From positions 1-34,551 of the forward strand of contig JBDSSU010000561.1 in the NCBI GenBank assembly GCA_039928635.1: a stretch of 34,551 bases of DNA, in the 5' to 3' direction. Below are positions 1 through 8,682 of this stretch, one piece after another (the first letter of the stretch is position 1; every line of letters starts with the position of its first letter). The DNA is from Opitutaceae bacterium (GTDB taxonomy: Bacteria; Verrucomicrobiota; Verrucomicrobiia; Opitutales; Opitutaceae). The position numbers and the translations under genes are program-made. A model generated the notes under the pieces. That model was given only the letters and a program-made list of their open reading frames with translations, ran no database searches and was not told the DNA's origin.

Positions 1-143
1 GTGAACCCTTGCGCGTTGGGATCAGCCACCATGCGGGCGCGAGCCCAATCGCGCACGGCGGCGGCGGCGGCCGGATCCAGCAGGAATTTTATTTCAGACG
101 CGAACTCACGCTTTTCGTGCGCGGCGAGTTGAGAGGGCGACAT
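1..143 (-). CDS. 5' end of a CDS that runs off the left edge; the N-terminus resembles VTC-domain (polyphosphate-polymerase-like) proteins
   Basis: A reverse-strand ATG at 143..141 opens MSPSQLAAHEKREFASEIKFLLDPAAAAAVRDWARARMVADPNAQGF, with no stop before position 1. At 47 codons it is below the ORF-track cutoff. The E-I-K-F-L-L start recalls bacterial VTC-domain proteins, but this is thin evidence. Confidence 0.35.
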   Translation of the reverse strand, partial: MSPSQLAAHEKREFASEIKFLLDPAAAAAVRDWARARMVADPNAQGF

Positions 144-375
144 TGAAGGGAGGTGGGGTGACCTAACGACGCGCAGCGTGGTGAAAACGTTACCTAAATG
201 TAACACAAATGTTCGCCGCGGCCGCGGATCGCACCCGGTCGAGTCACAAACACACCGCCGGAGCTCCACCTGTTCGAGCGCGGTCCCTCCAGCGGTTTCT
301 CCCGTCACTACCGACACACCCGAACGCTGAAGCGCACCGAAACCAAAGAGCTGATCGCTCAGTTGCCAGAAGGAA

Positions 376-660
376 TCAGGAATCCGCTTTGAGGATCGCG
401 GCGAGCTTCCCGTCCAATGCCTCGGCCCAGATCTCGTAACCTTTGGGATTGGGATGAAGGAGATCCGGCAAAATGTCGCGCTAGGGGTTTCCATCCCTCC
501 CCAAAAAGGCCGCGCCGATGTTTAGAAAAAAAACGCGGCGGGTCATCAGCCAGTTTTGCAATCAGCGGGTTCACGTCCGCCACCCGCCCGTTGAGTTGCT
601 TGTCCGTGATATCCGCCCGTGGCAGAAGACCGACCCTTGAAATTTTTTGGGCTTCACCCG
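376..660 (-). pseudogene. SGNH/GDSL hydrolase remnant: C-terminal part only, with a frameshift and an internal stop
   Basis: One reverse-strand frame reads ..VGLLPRADITDKQLNGRVADVNPLIAKLADDPPRFF up to a T8 run (A8 on the + strand, 526..533). The continuation is shifted by one base: LNIGAAFLGRDGNP, TAG (483..481), RDILPDLLHPNPKGYEIWAEALDGKLAAILKADS, TGA (378..376). LLHPNxxGY near the C-terminus is the SGNH block-V signature. There is no room for the N-terminal GDS block because the next gene ends at 706. Confidence 0.6.
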
Positions 661-705
661 CGCTCGTCCACAGCGACGAAAATCGTCGCTGCGGGCGCCG
701 GGCGC

Positions 706-2289
706 CTACGTTGAAACATTACCCTGCGACCACTGACCATCGATCAGGCGCCACATTTTCCCGTTGGGGTTTTGATTGCGCAGCGCGAGAGGGAGACGGG
801 CAGCCCGAACGTTGTCATAGCAATGCAAAGCCCCAAAACGGCGCAGGGAGGCGGGAATGCCGACGGCGGTGAAACCGGGATGTCCAGTGGAAGGATACGG
901 CCCCCCGTGGTTCATCGCCGAACTCACCGCGACGCCCGTGGGCATTTTGTCGTTGAGCAGCCGGCCAACGCGTTCGCGCAACAGCGGCTCGAGCGTGGAA
1001 TAAAGCGCGTCATCGGCGCCCTTCGTGTCGGAGTAAATGCAGCCCGTCAGATTTCCCTCGAAATGCGAGAGCACCGCGACCGCCTGCGCGATGTCGCGGA
1101 CCACAACCAACAGCGAGGCATTGCCGAAAGCTTCGGTCTGAAGCTTTTCGGGTGCAGCCAGAAATCCGTCGCCACTCACGCGCAGCAGCGTGTTGGCATA
1201 GCGCGACCCGGGAGTTTTTACCGGAACGCCACCGGTGAGGACTTCCGCGCCGGCACCGCGAAGCGTGTCGACGCTGGCCGCGAGCGAGCGGGCCACCGCG
1301 GAGGAAAGCAGCGGCGCGACGGGAGCGGCTTCGAGACGGGTTTTCACCGTGGAGACGAATTGCTCGGCCTCCGCGCTGGCGAACAACACGACGATGCTCG
1401 GGCTCGTGCAAAATTGTCCGGTGCCCATCAGGCAACTGCCCGTGAATTCTTCCGCGAGCTTCGCGCCGCGTTCGGCGAGTGCACCGGGTAACATCACCAC
1501 GGGATTAACGCTCGAGAGTTCGAGGTAGATCGGTTTACCCGCAGCGTCGGCCGCGGTCTTGAGCTTCAGGCCAGCGCCGCGGCTGCCGGTGTAGCCCGTC
1601 GCGCCCGTGCGCGGATCAGAGACGAAACGTTCGCCGTCGGCGTGGCTCGTGCGATAGATGAGCTGTACGGTGGCAGGCGGCAATCCGGCTTCGCCCACCG
1701 CGGCGAACGCTTCCTCCGCGAGCAGGCGGGTGACTCCGGGATGCGACGTGTTGCTCTTGGCGATCACGGGATTTCCCGTGGCGATCGCCGCGACAAAATC
1801 GCCGCCGGAAACACTGTTGAACGCAAAGGGGAAATTATTCGGACCGAAGACCAGCACCGGCCCGATCGGTGCGAGCATCGACCGAATATCGAGCTTGGTA
1901 TCGATCGTCGGCAAGGCCCAGGAACCTTCGAGCACGGCCGCGGCGGCCTGACGCAGCTGGCCCGCGGTGCGCGGCAGCTCGACGTCCCCCAGGCGCGGCG
2001 CCTTCGGGAGGCCGGATTCCGCATGTGCGAGATCGACCAACTCCGCCTTCCGCCCCTCGATCCGTTCGGCGAAGCGCGTGAGGAAACGCGCGATTTTTTC
2101 CGGCGGAGTCGTGCGCAGGATGACCGCAGCCTCCAGCGCCGCGGTCAGCGCCGCATCGCAATCAGCCCAGGCGCTGATGGGAAATTCGTCCGGCAAGGTC
2201 TCGCCGGTGGCGGGATTATCGATCCGGAACGAACCGGTGGATTGAGCGGGGCGCCATTGGCCGGCGACAAGAATAGGATGGAGTGACAT
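706..2289 (-). CDS. NAD(P)-dependent aldehyde dehydrogenase, alpha-ketoglutaric semialdehyde (2,5-dioxovalerate) dehydrogenase-like
   Basis: 527-aa ORF with ATG at 2289. It has aldehyde dehydrogenase hallmarks: YLELSSVNP (general-base Glu region) and GTGQFCTSP (catalytic Cys). Length and N-terminus (ILVAGQWR) fit the ~525-aa KGSADH-like clade. It lies 6 nt downstream of the preceding gene, so it is probably in an operon. Confidence 0.9.
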   Translation of the reverse strand: MSLHPILVAGQWRPAQSTGSFRIDNPATGETLPDEFPISAWADCDAALTAALEAAVILRTTPPEKIARFLTRFAERIEGRKAELVDLAHAESGLPKAPRLGDVELPRTAGQLRQAAAAVLEGSWALPTIDTKLDIRSMLAPIGPVLVFGPNNFPFAFNSVSGGDFVAAIATGNPVIAKSNTSHPGVTRLLAEEAFAAVGEAGLPPATVQLIYRTSHADGERFVSDPRTGATGYTGSRGAGLKLKTAADAAGKPIYLELSSVNPVVMLPGALAERGAKLAEEFTGSCLMGTGQFCTSPSIVVLFASAEAEQFVSTVKTRLEAAPVAPLLSSAVARSLAASVDTLRGAGAEVLTGGVPVKTPGSRYANTLLRVSGDGFLAAPEKLQTEAFGNASLLVVVRDIAQAVAVLSHFEGNLTGCIYSDTKGADDALYSTLEPLLRERVGRLLNDKMPTGVAVSSAMNHGGPYPSTGHPGFTAVGIPASLRRFGALHCYDNVRAARLPLALRNQNPNGKMWRLIDGQWSQGNVST

Positions 2290-2295
2290 GAAAAA

Positions 2296-3174
2296 TTATT
2301 TCTGACGAAGGGGTTCAATGACTGCGGCCATATCTTGCTCGCCGTAACCGGCGTCGATCGCACGTTGAAAAACCGTCAACGCGGCGGCGGCCGTCGTCAA
2401 CTCCACGGAGTGCTGATTGCTCTCAAAACAGGCGTAAGTGAGATCCTTCGTCATCAGGCGCAGCAAAAAATTCGGGGTGTAATCGGGCGTGGTCATGCGC
2501 ACGGACAAGGTCTTGAGCAACGGGCTGCCCGGCGCCCCACCGGTGAGCACCTCCAGCGCTTTCGCGCGATCGAGTCCGCCGCGCTCGATCATCACGATCG
2601 CTTCGGCGAGGGAGGCAATCTGCACGCCGCAGACGAAATTGTTGATCAGCTTCACCAAGGCGCCGCTGCCGACCGGACCGAGGCAGGTGATGCTTTTGCT
2701 CATCGACCTGAGCACCGGGCGGACTTTTTCGAGGGTTTCCACCGCGCCCCCGACCAGGAAATTAAGTTCTCCCGCGGCAGCTTGCAGCCGGCTGCCGGTC
2801 ACGGGCGCATCGAGGAGTTCGCAACCGCGGGCCCTGGCGGCCGCCGCGAGTTCCTTGATCCAGCCCACCGTGAGCGTGCTGCACTCAATGAGGATGGTTG
2901 CCGGCGCGACGGCAGCGAGTGCGCCATTCTCACCGAGCCAGAGACTACGGGACGCATTATCTTCCGCCACCATGCTGATCACGACATCCGCATCCTTCAC
3001 GGCATCTCGCGGTGAAGCGGCGAGCCTGGCCCCGGCGGCCACGAGCGGCGCCGCCTTGGCCGCGCTGCGATTGTACACCGTGAGCGGAAAGCCGGCGTCC
3101 AGCAGCCGACGAGCCATGCCGCCACCCATGATCCCGAGACCTAACAGAGCAACGCGAGGAGATGAGGAACTCAT
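2296..3174 (-). CDS. NAD(P)-dependent beta-hydroxyacid dehydrogenase (3-hydroxyisobutyrate / 2-hydroxy-3-oxopropionate reductase family)
   Basis: Rossmann motif VALLGLGIMGGGMARRL lies right after the internal ATG at 3174, so I take that ATG as the start rather than the ORF-track start at 3255. DAPVTGS and GSGALVKLINNF (catalytic Lys region) are typical of the HIBADH family. Confidence 0.9.
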   Translation of the reverse strand: MSSSSPRVALLGLGIMGGGMARRLLDAGFPLTVYNRSAAKAAPLVAAGARLAASPRDAVKDADVVISMVAEDNASRSLWLGENGALAAVAPATILIECSTLTVGWIKELAAAARARGCELLDAPVTGSRLQAAAGELNFLVGGAVETLEKVRPVLRSMSKSITCLGPVGSGALVKLINNFVCGVQIASLAEAIVMIERGGLDRAKALEVLTGGAPGSPLLKTLSVRMTTPDYTPNFLLRLMTKDLTYACFESNQHSVELTTAAAALTVFQRAIDAGYGEQDMAAVIEPLRQK

Positions 3175-3290
3175 GGGATGGGGGATTTTAGAGGACCGTG
3201 CGTGACGGGAAATAATTAGCCGTTCGCGCCCTGCCCGGCGGCTGAAACCACGCACGTAAGCCTACATTCAAGGAGCAGAGGGCGCATGGC

Positions 3291-4469
3291 TCAGCCGGTG
3301 ACATTGAACTGCTTCAATTTCTCTTCGTCGATCGTGAGGCCGAGCCCGGGAAGATTTTCATCGAGATCGATGAAGCCATCCCTGGCGACCGGCTCGCCTT
3401 TGAAGATATACCAGAAAAGTTCGTTGCCGACCTCGACATCGACGGGTGGGAAATACTCGGCCATCGGCGAATTCAGGCTCGCCATCACGATATGGTAATT
3501 GTGCATCTGCCCGGCGTGCGGAATCACGGGGATCTGGTGGGCCTCGGCGAGCGCGGCGATCTTCCGTGCAGCGGAAATTCCGCCGACGCGATTCGTGTCG
3601 AACTGGATGTAGTCCACGGCGCGGGCCTCGATCAGCTCGCGGAAACCGAAGATCGTGTACTCGTGTTCGCCGCCCGAGATCGGGATGCGGCCAAACTTCT
3701 TCAACTCGGCGTAGCCGTGGATGTCATCGGGAATCACCGCCTCCTCGAGCCAGCGGAGATTATATTTTTCGAGCAGCGGAATCATACGCTTCGCGTAATC
3801 GAGCGTCCAACCCATGTAGGCATCAGCCATCACGTCGATGCCATCGCCGACCGTCTCGCGCACCGTCCGGACGAGTGCGACATTGTGCTGCATGCCCTCG
3901 GCGCCATCGACCGGGCCCCAGCCGAAGCGAAGCTTCATCGCCTTGTAGCCTTCCGATTTATATTTCGCCGATTCGCGGGCGAGTTCGTCGAGCGGGGTCG
4001 AATAAAGCCGGCTGGAATAAACGGGAATGCGCGGCTTGGTACGTCCACCCAGCAGGCGATACACCGGTTGCTTCGCGGATTTGCCGAGGAGATCCCACAG
4101 CGCGATGTCGACGGCGCTGATGGCCACCATCGCGATGCCCTTGCGACCAAAGGCCATCGTCGTCCGGTACATGTGTTGCCAGAGAAACTCGATGTCCCAC
4201 GGATCGGCCCCCAGCAGCACCGGCTTCAGATAGAGATCGATGACCTGCTTCGTGACCTGGGGCGAAAGCGCTGCGTTGCCGATGCCAACGAGACCGTTGT
4301 CCGTGAAGATTTCCACGATCACCCAGCCGTGAAACGTGAAGGTGCTCATCGTGGACTTCGTGAGCATCGGCGAGATCACGTCCATGGGGTTGGTGCAAAA
4401 ATGGGGAGGCAACGGCACGGTCTTGCCTTTCCACTCAACAACTCGGGTGCGGATTTCAGTGATCTTCAT
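3291..4469 (-). CDS. Enolase-superfamily acid-sugar dehydratase, L-rhamnonate dehydratase-like subgroup
   Basis: 392-aa ORF. Metal-ligand contexts VMADAYMGW / RWLEEAV / ISGGEHEY and the base-His context VIPHAGQ parallel E. coli RhmD (LMLDCWMS / KWIEECL / TSGEHHG / VVPHGSS). There is no MR-type KxK motif. Substrate assignment is tentative. Confidence 0.85.
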   Translation of the reverse strand: MKITEIRTRVVEWKGKTVPLPPHFCTNPMDVISPMLTKSTMSTFTFHGWVIVEIFTDNGLVGIGNAALSPQVTKQVIDLYLKPVLLGADPWDIEFLWQHMYRTTMAFGRKGIAMVAISAVDIALWDLLGKSAKQPVYRLLGGRTKPRIPVYSSRLYSTPLDELARESAKYKSEGYKAMKLRFGWGPVDGAEGMQHNVALVRTVRETVGDGIDVMADAYMGWTLDYAKRMIPLLEKYNLRWLEEAVIPDDIHGYAELKKFGRIPISGGEHEYTIFGFRELIEARAVDYIQFDTNRVGGISAARKIAALAEAHQIPVIPHAGQMHNYHIVMASLNSPMAEYFPPVDVEVGNELFWYIFKGEPVARDGFIDLDENLPGLGLTIDEEKLKQFNVTG

Positions 4470-4920
4470 TCTGGCGAGGACGGAGCGATAAGGGAGTTAC
4501 GATCCCGGAGGTGATCCTCCAGGTTTTTCTCGTGCGCGAACCGGGAGGAGGAAACGCAACCGAGGCTGAGGTTCTGTCGGTCGACAGCGAGGTGAGACAA
4601 GGTTCACCGGAAACGCAGTCAAGCCTCCCGGTCATCTGCAGCTAAGGTTCTCGAAGAGTCACGGGGAGACAGGCGTGAGCGAAGGTCGGAGCAACGGCAG
4701 GGATTCGAAGACGAACGCGATGGAATTAAAAACCGCGTGCGTTTCGCGCCGCAAATTTGGACAGGAAAAAAAGTGCGATTCCGCGTCGGCAATGTGCGTT
4801 TTCACCTGCGACACCCCGGGCAAGCTTGACGGAGCCAAGTGTCTCGGCTTTCGACTCTCAACCCGCCCCTTGCGAGGGATCGAAAACCAAGCGGTCGTCT
4901 TTCCGTTTCCCCCCGTGCCC

Positions 4921-7731
4921 ATGTCCCACCCCATCCGAAAACCTGCTTTTGTCCACGCGTTCACCTTCACCGCCGCGCTCTTGAGCATGGCAGGGCCCTC
5001 CGCCCGGTTGCAGGCCGCCGATGCACCGGCTGCTGCAACGCCGCCCGTTGCGGCAGCCGCTCCCCCAGCCACCCCCGCCCCACCCAAGCCCGACCACGTG
5101 CCGCTGGAGCTGTTCACTCTGCCCGACGATCTTGAGATTAAAATCTGGGCGAAAGCCCCGCTCCTGCGGAATCCCACCAACATGGATGTCGATGCCGACG
5201 GCAGGATCTGGATCGCCGAGGGCGTGAACTACCGGTCTCACCGGCTGCGCCAACCCGAGGGTGATCGCATCATGGTGCTCGAGGACACCGATCATGATGG
5301 AGTGGCGGACAAAAGTTCGGTGTTCGTGCAGGAGCCCTTCCTGAACGCGCCGCTCGGAGTCGCCGTGATCGACAACCAGATCATCGTCTCGATGACGCCT
5401 GACCTGATCGTTTACACCGACGTGAATCGCGACCGGGTTTTCGATCCGGCAATCGACAAACGCGAAGTCCTGCTTTCCGGATTCAAAGGTCGCAACCACG
5501 ACCACTCGCTGCACTCGGTCACTTCCGGGCCCGATGGCCGCTGGTACGCCAACAGCGGCAATCAAGGCGCGATCTTCACGGACCGGTCCGGCAAGACCTT
5601 CCGCCTCGGCAACGTGTCGGGCGATGAGAGCGGCGAAATCAAGGCGAGCGATCTCGCCGGACAGAAAAGCGATGACGGACATGTTTATCCCGGCGGCGCC
5701 GCCTGGCGGATGCGACCGGATGGAACGAATCTCGAGATCATCGGCTACAATCTGCGCAACAGCTCCGAGCAGGTCGTCACGTCCTTCGGCGACGTCTTCC
5801 AAAACGACAACGACGATCCCCCTGCGGCCCGCACTTCGTTTTTGATGGAATACGGCAACATGGGCTACTTCTCGCGCGATGGTCAGCGCACGTGGAACGC
5901 CGATCGACGTCCGGGACAGACCACCGCTCAGGGACAGTGGCGAATGGACGATCCCGGCTCGATTCCCAAAGGGGACGTCTATGGCGGCGGTGCCCCCACC
6001 GGCATTGTTTTCTATGAATCGGATGTGCTCGGAAAAAAATGGCGCGGGACGCTGCTGAGCGCCGACGCCGGCCGCAATACGATCCTGGGCTATAACCCTA
6101 AAATCGAAGGCGCTGGCTATGGCCTGACGAACTTTGAATTTCTCACGAGCAACAAGGAGAAGGAATTCGCCGGTTCGGATTTCGTCCGAGGCGCGCGGCC
6201 GGTCGGCAGTGATCTCAAAACCTATTTTCGGCCCTCCGACATCGTCATCGGCCCTGACGGCGCACTCTACGTGGCCGACTGGTTCGACTCACGCGTCGGC
6301 GGACACGGCGACAACGACGAAGGCTTGTCGGGTACGATTTATCGCATCGCGCCGAAAGGCTTCAAATCGGTCATTCCGAAATTTGATCGCACCACCATCC
6401 CGGGCCTGATCACCGCGCTGAAAAGTCCCGCGGTAAATGTCCGCGCGATCGGCTTTCAAGGTTTGGTCGCCCGCGGCCCGGCAGCCGAAGCGCCCGTCGC
6501 CGCCTTGTTGACGGACGAAAATCCTTACATCCGCGCCCGCGCCGTGTGGCTCCTCACCGAGTTGGGCGCGGGCGGGGTCGCACGCGTCGAGGCGCTCGTA
6601 CGCTCGCCGGATCCGATGATGCGCATCGTCGCCTTTCGCGCGCTCCGCCGGAGCAACCGTCCGGTGCTCGAGGTTGCGAAGGTTTTGGCCAGCGATGCGG
6701 ACTCCGCTGTCCGACGCGAGGTCGCGCTCGCGTTGCGCGACGTGCCCTTCGCCCAATCGCGCGATCTTCTGCTCAGTCTCGCCTCCGGCTACGATGGCAC
6801 GGACCGCGCCTATCTCGAAGCCTGGGGCATCGGCTGCACCGGCAAGGAAGCGGAAATGTACACGGAACTGGCGAAGAAACGTCCGGATCTGACGCCGGAA
6901 CGCTGGCCGTCCTCCTATGCGGGCTTGATCTGGCGCCTGACGCCGGTCGGGGCCGAAGCCGACTTGTCGCGGCGCGCCAGTGGCAAGCAAGTGGAAGTGG
7001 CCGATCGCATCGCGGCGGTCACCGCCCTCGGCTTCATTCCCTCCGCCGCCGCGGCGAACGCGTTGCTCGACCTCGCTCTGTCCGATCATGCGCAGGTGAA
7101 AGCGCACGCCCTGTGGTGGCTTCTGAACTACAAGGACTCGCGCTGGAAGGAGCACGGCGTGAATGATGCCTTGAAACAGCGCGGAATCTACGACCCCGAA
7201 AAAGTCGCGGTGGTTGCCAGCGTTGTGCCCGTGCCGGCACCCACGCAATTACCGCCCGCAGCTGAAATCGCGAAACTCACCGGCGACGCGAGCCGCGGTG
7301 CCTCGCGCGCGGGCGCCTGCTACCTGTGCCACCGGATTGGTGATACGGGTAACGAGTACGGCCCGACGCTGACGGGCTTCGCCCGCCGTCAGTCGACGGA
7401 GGCGACCATCACCGCGATCATCAATCCCTCCGCGGAGATCGCGCTCGGCTACGAAGGCTCGGAAGTGACATTGCAGGATGGCACCGTGATCAACGGTCGG
7501 GTGCTTTCCAACGGCGATCCTCTGATTGTGCAAAGCATGGGTGGACTCACCCAGCTGATTCCCGCCTCCAAGCTCGGGCAGCCGGGCATCGCAGCTCCCG
7601 GACCGGCACGGGGCGGTCGCGGCGGTCGTGGGGGACGCCCCCTCGGACGCTCGTTGATGTTGAACGCGGAACAGCTCGGCCTCTCTGCGCAGGATGTGGC
7701 CGATCTCGTCGCGTACCTGAAAACCCAGTGA
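4921..7731 (+). CDS. PVC-type heme-binding CxxCH protein (N-terminal membrane-bound-dehydrogenase-like beta-propeller, HEAT repeats, C-terminal cytochrome c domain)
   Basis: The start is taken at ATG 4921 because it gives a signal peptide, MSHPIRKPAFVHAFTFTAALLSMAGPSARLQA/ADA. The ORF-track start at 4675 adds 82 residues that do not look protein-like. The N-terminal LELFTLPDDLEIKIWAKAPLLRNPTNMDVDADGRIWIAEG is typical of the Pirellula/Verrucomicrobium dehydrogenase domain. HEAT-like repeats are present (NPYIRARAVWLL, DPMMRIVAFRAL, DSAVRREVALAL). CYLCH lies at 7318..7332, and the tail is ..DVADLVAYLKTQ. Confidence 0.85.
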   Translation: MSHPIRKPAFVHAFTFTAALLSMAGPSARLQAADAPAAATPPVAAAAPPATPAPPKPDHVPLELFTLPDDLEIKIWAKAPLLRNPTNMDVDADGRIWIAEGVNYRSHRLRQPEGDRIMVLEDTDHDGVADKSSVFVQEPFLNAPLGVAVIDNQIIVSMTPDLIVYTDVNRDRVFDPAIDKREVLLSGFKGRNHDHSLHSVTSGPDGRWYANSGNQGAIFTDRSGKTFRLGNVSGDESGEIKASDLAGQKSDDGHVYPGGAAWRMRPDGTNLEIIGYNLRNSSEQVVTSFGDVFQNDNDDPPAARTSFLMEYGNMGYFSRDGQRTWNADRRPGQTTAQGQWRMDDPGSIPKGDVYGGGAPTGIVFYESDVLGKKWRGTLLSADAGRNTILGYNPKIEGAGYGLTNFEFLTSNKEKEFAGSDFVRGARPVGSDLKTYFRPSDIVIGPDGALYVADWFDSRVGGHGDNDEGLSGTIYRIAPKGFKSVIPKFDRTTIPGLITALKSPAVNVRAIGFQGLVARGPAAEAPVAALLTDENPYIRARAVWLLTELGAGGVARVEALVRSPDPMMRIVAFRALRRSNRPVLEVAKVLASDADSAVRREVALALRDVPFAQSRDLLLSLASGYDGTDRAYLEAWGIGCTGKEAEMYTELAKKRPDLTPERWPSSYAGLIWRLTPVGAEADLSRRASGKQVEVADRIAAVTALGFIPSAAAANALLDLALSDHAQVKAHALWWLLNYKDSRWKEHGVNDALKQRGIYDPEKVAVVASVVPVPAPTQLPPAAEIAKLTGDASRGASRAGACYLCHRIGDTGNEYGPTLTGFARRQSTEATITAIINPSAEIALGYEGSEVTLQDGTVINGRVLSNGDPLIVQSMGGLTQLIPASKLGQPGIAAPGPARGGRGGRGGRPLGRSLMLNAEQLGLSAQDVADLVAYLKTQ

Positions 7732-7769
7732 AGCACCTTCCTCTCAATTAGCCTTCCTCCTTCCCTCCC

Positions 7770-8612
7770 GTGAAATTCGGCATCAACACGTTTCTCTTCA
7801 CCTCCCCGTTCACCAACAAGAGCACCAAGCTCTTCGGGCAGTTCAAAAAATGGGGTTTCGATTCCGTCGAACTCGCGATCGAGGATCCCTCCCATATCGA
7901 TCCCCCTCACGTGAAGCGTGAGCTGGAGCGCCACCTGCTCGAGTGCGGATCGGTCTGCGCCTGCATGGGACCCGACCGCGATTTGCGCGGCACGCCCAAG
8001 CAGCAGCAGACGGCTCTCGCGTATCTTTCCGCCCTCCTCGACCAGATGGTGCTGCTCGACTGCCCCTCCTTGATCGGACCGGTTTACTCTTCGGTCGGCC
8101 GCGCCGACGCGGTGCCGCGCAAAGAATATCTCAAGCAGTGGAAGACGGTGGTGAAACATCTGAAACACCTCGCCAAGTACGCCGAAGCGCGGGGGCGCAT
8201 CATCGCGCTGGAACCGCTCAATCGTTTCGAAACCGATTTCATCAACACCTGCGACCAAGGTCTCGCCATGATCGACGATGTCGGCAGCCCGGCCCTGCGG
8301 CTGCATCTCGACACGTTCCACATGAACATCGAGGAAAAGGACCTCGGTGCGGCCATCATCAAAGCGGGCGCCCAGCTCGCGCATTTCCATGCCTGCGGAA
8401 GTGACCGCGGCACGCCCGGCGGAGACCACACGGATTGGAACGGCATCGCGGCCGCGCTCAAATCGATCGGCTACGACGGCGCTGTGGTCATCGAATCGTT
8501 TACGTCGGATGTGAAAGTGATCGCCCGTGCCGCCGCGATCTGGCGCCAAATCGAACCCAGCCAGGAAGACATCGCGGCGAAAGGCGTGCGCTTCCTCCAG
8601 CGCGTCTTGTGA
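7770..8612 (+). CDS. Xylose-isomerase-like TIM-barrel sugar epimerase/isomerase (ketose 3-epimerase-like)
   Basis: GTG start at 7770, 38 nt after the previous stop. ALEPLNRFE, LHLDTFHMNIEE, HFHACGSDRGTPG and VVIESF reproduce the four metal-ligand blocks of D-psicose/D-tagatose 3-epimerases (LDTFHMNIEE matches over all 10 residues). Confidence 0.9.
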   Translation: MKFGINTFLFTSPFTNKSTKLFGQFKKWGFDSVELAIEDPSHIDPPHVKRELERHLLECGSVCACMGPDRDLRGTPKQQQTALAYLSALLDQMVLLDCPSLIGPVYSSVGRADAVPRKEYLKQWKTVVKHLKHLAKYAEARGRIIALEPLNRFETDFINTCDQGLAMIDDVGSPALRLHLDTFHMNIEEKDLGAAIIKAGAQLAHFHACGSDRGTPGGDHTDWNGIAAALKSIGYDGAVVIESFTSDVKVIARAAAIWRQIEPSQEDIAAKGVRFLQRVL

Positions 8613-8682
8613 GCGCCGCCCCCCGCGACCGCTTTGCCCGCGCTCGATTCGAGTTTCCCACCCCCGCCGCCTTCCCTCCCCC

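Noticed and set aside
189-204. GTTAC-N6-GTAAC inverted repeat in an AT-rich patch ~50 nt upstream of the left-edge gene.
   Set aside because: The arms are only 5 bp. That is too short to separate from chance, and I saw no second copy.
671-691. 9-bp stem / 3-nt loop hairpin (CAGCGACGA-aaa-TCGTCGCTG) 15 nt downstream of the aldehyde dehydrogenase stop on the reverse strand.
   Set aside because: No U-run follows it on the transcribed strand, so I do not call it an intrinsic terminator. It may still stabilise the 3' end.
209-872. Forward ORFs 209..439 and 417..872, and reverse ORF 359..583, in the left intergenic and pseudogene area.
   Set aside because: The forward ORFs have no family resemblance and run antisense to the SGNH remnant or the aldehyde dehydrogenase 3' end. 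ORF 359..583 is only the out-of-frame reading of the decayed SGNH gene.
4675-4920. Upstream extensions offered by the ORF track for several genes: 4675 for the heme protein, 8527 for ThuA, 22265 for GH3, 3255 for the dehydrogenase, 32985 for the second ThuA, 34352 for the anti-sigma-like gene, 10389 for the kinase.
   Set aside because: In each case an internal start gives a proper signal peptide, Rossmann motif, family N-terminus, Shine-Dalgarno sequence (kinase) or ATGA coupling. The extension is low-complexity or overlaps the neighbouring gene.
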